Assembly (NCBI GenBank): GCA_043228905.1
Contig: JBHGNT010000943.1
Coordinates: forward strand, 1 to 13,543
Direction of reading: 5' to 3'
Origin: Azolla caroliniana
Lineage: Eukaryota > Plantae > Polypodiophyta
Length of the DNA stretch: 13,543 nt
The position numbers and the translations under genes were made by a program. Below, one piece after another: positions 9,282 to 13,543 of this stretch. How positions within the stretch are numbered: the first letter of the stretch is position 1; each line of letters opens with the position of its first letter. The notes below the pieces were generated by a model. That model was not told the DNA's origin and made no database searches. It saw only the letters and a program-made list of their open reading frames with translations.

Positions 9282-9782
9282 GGCTTCCTAATGTTTGTTT
9301 TGTTGATGTTGATTTCCTTCGGATAGTGATCGACCGATGTTCGTCCAAGCTTGATCCAGAAAGTCGCCAACAAAGGAACTTCAGTGCTTCCTTTTATTTT
9401 CATGAATAATAAATTTTTTTATTCTATTCTTTTTTCTCCCATTCTCAATCATGTTTAAGTTGATATGTTAAAATGTAAATAATTCAATTATGTTGTATTG
9501 GTCATAGTTTGTTCATATAAAACATACATATGCTATGTATGAGTTCAATACCTCAATTGCCGTGTATTTGATATGCAATGTGTGTCGTACGCATAGTATG
9601 TAAATACATCAATTGCGCATTATGTTCACTCTTATTTTTTGGATGTTACATGTGCATTGAGGCCACATGCCTCAATTGCATATCTCAATTACATCATTTG
9701 TTGATTTATGTTTTGTTACTGATTCTTTTATATATATACATATGTGATCACATCTATACGTATGTGATTATATACATGTCAT

Positions 9783-10285
9783 TGTTGAGTGAGCAAGCTC
9801 AACATGGGCTGGATCGGCTGAAGAAGCCAAAAGCCAGATTGTATAGAGACCGATCGACTAGGCTCGGATTGACTGAAGAAGCCGAAAGCCAGATCAGATA
9901 GAGACCGATAAGCTAGGCCCAAACCGGCTAAAGAAGTCGAAAATCGGATCTGAAGAAGGCCGATCGTCTAGGCCCGATCATCAGGGAGCTGGCAGGTTGG
10001 TAGGATCAATATTTCTATTTATAATAATAGGAATATTTGCGGGAGTCAGTGTCAAATACTCAGTTATGAGCATTCAAGTACTTGTCAGACTACGTCAGAG
10101 GCTTGTATAAAAAGTGCTCTGTAAGCACATTCTATATACAGAGTGTTTTTGTAATAGAGTTTGTTGTCTGCTCACTTTGTCTCTCCCTCTCCCTCTCTCA
10201 TCTCTATGTATACCTAACTTTTGTGTTTTCGGATAACTGAGTGTGTACTTTGTGTTTCACCTATCTCTTTTCATGGTATTAGAGA
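9783..10285 (+). mobile_element. Copia-family 5' LTR (9783-10273) plus PBS (10274-10285); internal coding region lost
   Basis: Starts TGTTGAG, ends ctcttttCA, followed directly by TGGTATTAGAGA (iMet-PBS-like). TATA-like tataaaaa near 10106. Homologous to the minus-strand LTR at 10786-11165, which abuts a copia PPT. Confidence 0.82.
9806..9979 (+). repeat. ~55-bp tandem repeat x3 within the LTR U3 region
   Basis: ggc..gatcggctgaagaagcc.aaagccagat...agagaccgat unit at about 9806, 9860 and 9915, partial copy at 9970. Confidence 0.8.
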
Positions 10286-10785
10286 GTCAGGGTTGAGAAT
10301 CCTCAGCAATCGACACCAAAAGCAAAAGACGACACAGAGAAGAACCTTTTTTCCTTTGGAAAATAGGAACATGGACAGAGCTATGGGTAGCTTGCTTCTC
10401 CGTTCTTTCTTCTTTCTTCTCTAGGTTATTCTTCTGCCCTTGTTGTTGCTCTCCTTCACCCTTTGCGTGCATGTCATCTGTCATCTGTCTTTGTCTTCTT
10501 TCTTCTTCTCCTTCCTCCTTCTGCCATTTGCTTCTTCTTCTTCTGTTTTTCTGTTTTGGTGTGTTTTGTCGAGTATGGGTATATAATGGCCGAATTCACA
10601 TTCTCTTGGACAAACTAGGTTTAGGACAATTATGTAAATATGTCAAATGGCATTTGCACTAGCCCAGTTAGTATATAATGGGCTTTGTAACCTAGTTTAT
10701 GTGTTGTTGTGGCCATTTTTCGTTTGTAACTCAGTTTTTGAATAATATAGTTACACCTTCTTGTGCCCAACCTGTTGTTTCTCTC

Positions 10786-11165
10786 TGAAAAAGAATACGT
10801 GAGGAAGCTTAACAAACACAACCAGGTAACAAAAGACAAAAGACAAAGAAGGTTTAATGGAATGCTTAACCAACATAGCGTACGCGGGAGAGACAGAGAG
10901 AGCAGAACATCGAAAACTCTATTCCAAAACAATACTCTAAAACTCTGTACATAGGATGTGCTCAGAGAGCACTTTTATTCAGGTCTATATAGACTGACAG
11001 AAGTACTGACACGTACTTCAATGCTCATGAATGAGTCCCTACACTAACTCCCAAAATATATTCCTCCGCGTAATATCTATCTAACGACCTTCCGGTTTAC
11101 GCACTGCTACGGCCTCTCGTTGTGCACCTGGTTTGTGCACCCAATGTTGAGCTTATATCTCAACA
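10786..11165 (-). repeat. 3' LTR (380 bp) of the copia element
   Basis: TG...CA termini, adjacent PPT, and shared blocks with LTR 9783-10273 (ggaatat.t..gggagt.agtgt, atgagcatt.aagtac, aaaagtgctct...agcacat, aatagagttt, tcac.tat...ttttca). Confidence 0.88.
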
Positions 11166-11719
11166 CTCCCCCTGAAGATCAACTTGAGGTTCCGCATGCT
11201 CTTCCAGTTCTACGCTCCGGCTTCCCCTGGTTTCACGCCTTAGTCGGGCTCCTCGACCCGTTTGATTCCGCGCGCCTCGACCCTTTCGGTCGGTTTGTGA
11301 GGTCATGCAGCCTTTCCCAGCTCCCTTGTTGTTGCGGTTTTGGTGCCACTCTCGCTACCCTTTCTTCTGCTTGGCCTTTAGTTGATTCGTCGTCCCCGAA
11401 TCAAACATTCAAACCGAATCGGTTGTCTCCGATTTGTTTTCTCTTTTGTCTGAATTGGTTGTCTCTAATTTGTTTTCGGTCTTCGGGCCCTTGACCACAT
11501 CTGACCATGTCTTGTTCTTGGCCTTCTTGTCCTTCTTGTCCTTCTTGGCTTCATCTCCCCCTCGTTCGGCTGATTCTAGCTCTTCCCTTCGGTTGCTGCC
11601 CCTGTTTCCACCTTCGGCTTCTTCAGCCTGCCCGAAATCGAATTCTTCATCCGACTCGACTTCACGGTCACTTCCACTCCTTTCCTGCTCCCTTTCCTAG
11701 TCTTTTCTCCCCCTCAAGT

Positions 11720-12261
11720 TCGAGACGTCGAGGTGCCGCAAACCAAGCGCACTCGAGAATTGCCCGCAACTTGTGTAGACCAAGGGGCTTGGTGAAGATG
11801 TCGGTAGTCTACCGATCCTTCGGAACATATACTAGTTTACTTCACTAGAGAGGACACGCTCGCGGATAAAATGGTCGTGCATCTCAATGTGCTTGGTCCG
11901 GGCGTGGAAGATGGGGTTCTTCGCAAGTTGGATGCTGATGAGGTTGTCGTAGTAGATCGTTGTCAGAGTAGACACCTCCACCTGCAGATCCTTGAGTAGC
12001 CTCTTGAGCCAAATGGCTTCACATGTCGCGACAACCGCTCCTCGATACTCAGCCTCCGTGCTCGACAATGCAACTATCGGCTGCTTCTTGCTGCTCTAGG
12101 TGATCGCGGCGCTCCCAAGCGAACCCCGGTGTGGATCTACGATCGCCGGTGTTTCCGGTCCAATCGGAATCCGAGTAGCAGACGAGTTGTTCGGCAATAC
12201 CGGTCCGATATAGCAGCACCCTATCCTTAGTGCCGTGGACATAGCGCAATATCCTTTGCGT
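11720..12261 (-). pseudogene. Degenerate copia pol fragment (RT C-terminus plus RNase H)
   Basis: ORFs 12049..12249 and 11832..12068 are consecutive pieces. Frameshift near 12118, TGG>TAG at 12096-12098, further frameshift near 11833, stop before DIFTKPLG. Confidence 0.92.
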
Positions 12262-13026
12262 TGTCGTGAAGGATTTGCTTCACGATATAAAAGTAAACTT
12301 ACATATTGTATTCAGTAATATTTGAGAGACTTAAAATCCATAACCTTACACACTAAGTAAGAAGTACATACCACTAGGTTAGTTTATTTGTTTTTAAGGT
12401 GTCTTCAAAGGATATAAAAATAAACTAAAATATTGTATTGAATAACATTTGACATTTGACACTTGAACCCACAACCTCACATACCAAATTCAATATACAC
12501 CTACCGTTGGGCTACGTCAATTATTTTTATACTTTTATGTTTTTACTTATATACCATGTATATTTTCATACATGAAAGCTCAAATAAGCGAGATGTCTAC
12601 CATGGATCACATGTAATGCATGAACGGCAAATGGCGATCATGCATCACATGCATTACATGCATGTCTTGTACCCTCCAATGCATCATATGCATGGGGGCA
12701 CCTATTTAAAGAGTGAAAGAGAGAAGAGAGAAAATCAAGAGAAAGTTAGAGAATAATATAATCAAACAAACAAGTTAGCTTATTTGCGAAGAGGCTCGTG
12801 TTTAGTTGAAGTCGAGGGTTCAAATCTAGAGTTTGGCAAAGAAAGATCACATCTTGCGATGAAGCATTGTACAGTTGGTAAAATCATGTAGTCTTAATAT
12901 AAAGTTTGTTCTTATCAACCATTTCAATTCTTCTATCATACATTGTCTCTGTCTCTTATCTATGCTCGTCTCTCTTTCACACATTACTTTTAACTCTTCT
13001 TCTTCCTATCCTTAATCTTTCTAACA
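12262..13026 (+). mobile_element. Probable LTR of another retroelement interrupting the copia RT
   Basis: Copia coding similarity stops abruptly at 12261, where TGTCGTGAAG begins. CATGCA-rich block, cctatttaaa followed by a GA-rich tract near 12700, pyrimidine-rich end finishing ctaaCA at 13026. No PBS or TSD found, so the right boundary is uncertain. Confidence 0.45.
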
Positions 13027-13123
13027 TCAACACACAAGCCTTATAAAAAATTTAGCCGACTCCCTTTAACCTTAGTTCTTGTGACTTCGCCGCACGAACC
13101 ACAACCACCCCGACACATTTGGA

Positions 13124-13543
13124 CCCGTACCTACATATCACATATTCAAGAAGGAACTTACAAATAGCTGAAATTATTTTTTGGCATAGGGCTCGACCTT
13201 GCACTTGATTTGTCAAATCTTCTCATGCCAATACATGATATTTCATTTGCCAAACCCCTACAGGCATCATTACAATATCCACAACCCATTTATAATGTAG
13301 AGATAAAGAATACGTAGGTTGCAACCCATCACGATGCCGAATATTCGAATACATTTCGCAGTTCTCACACGATTGTACATAATCTGCAACATCGTTGTAC
13401 ATTCCAGCCCACCAAAACTTCTCTTTTAATTTCGAATAGGTGGCCCAAACTCCACGATGACCTTCCCATAAAGTATCATGAAATTCAAATACTAGTTTCT
13501 ATTGCTCTTCCCTTCTTCCAACAACTCTTTGTGGAATCCCTTT
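13124..13543 (-). mobile_element. Ty3/gypsy-type integrase fragment (HHCC zinc finger plus start of DDE core), pseudogenised
   Basis: My translation from 13543: KGIPQRVVGRREEQ*KLVFEFHDTLWEGHRGVWATYSKLKEKFWWAGMYNDVADYVQSCENCEMYSNIRHRDGLQPTYSLSLHYKWVVDIVMMPVGVWQMKYHVLA*EDLTNQVQGRALCQKIISAICKFLLEYVICRYG. Stops at 13499-13501 and 13223-13225. Confidence 0.9.

Larger units (their letters stand above)
10786..12261 (-). mobile_element. Ty1/copia LTR retrotransposon, 5'-truncated: RT end, RNase H, 3' extension, PPT and 3' LTR
   Basis: Minus strand: QRILRYVHGT...YSDSDW.G..GDRRST...SSKKQ.IVALSSTEAEY...DN...IQLAKNP.FHARTKHIE...HFIRERV...DIFTKPLG. PPT AGGGGGAG (11166-11173) lies immediately before TGTTGAG, and the LTR ends ...ctttttCA at 10786. 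Confidence 0.93.

Noticed and set aside
10612-10698. 10-bp inverted repeat aaactaggtt...aacctagttt as a MITE or miRNA hairpin
   Set aside because: The interior does not pair extensively and no TSD is evident.
9783-11165. A single intact element or TIR transposon bounded by TGTTGAG...CTCAACA
   Set aside because: The right end is flanked by a PPT and copia pol, the flanks (gtcat / ctccc) are not a TSD, and the arms are diverged LTRs in opposite orientation.
10221-11848. Several Ser/Leu/Phe-rich ORFs
   Set aside because: They are antisense or LTR/CT-rich frames of retroelement sequence.
12463-12756. His/Met-rich ORF as a metal-binding protein
   Set aside because: It arises from CATGCA-rich non-coding repeat sequence in a probable LTR and has a non-ATG start.

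Overview
Eukaryotic land-plant genomic DNA, probably a fern (inferred from the KNOX residues and retroelement types; not proven). Bases 1-6439 hold the last four coding exons of a class I KNOX (KNOTTED1-like TALE homeobox) gene on the + strand: join(39..263,790..934,3945..4501,6116..6439). These splice in frame through GT-AG introns to 416 aa plus stop, and the KNOX1-domain exon(s) lie upstream of the window. Each intron carries its own minisatellite. The large intron 935-3944 has a 72-bp array rich in telobox motifs and a short (TAAACCC)4 telomeric tract. From about 8.8 kb the window is a nest of decayed LTR retrotransposons: two LTR+PBS remnants on +, a minus-strand Ty1/copia RT-RNase H-PPT-LTR 3' end whose LTR faces a related + strand LTR, a probable further LTR, and a minus-strand Ty3/gypsy integrase fragment that the ORF track misses. 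I see no clearly new biological system. The best leads are the telobox array in the KNOX regulatory intron and the divergent KNOX2/ELK domains.
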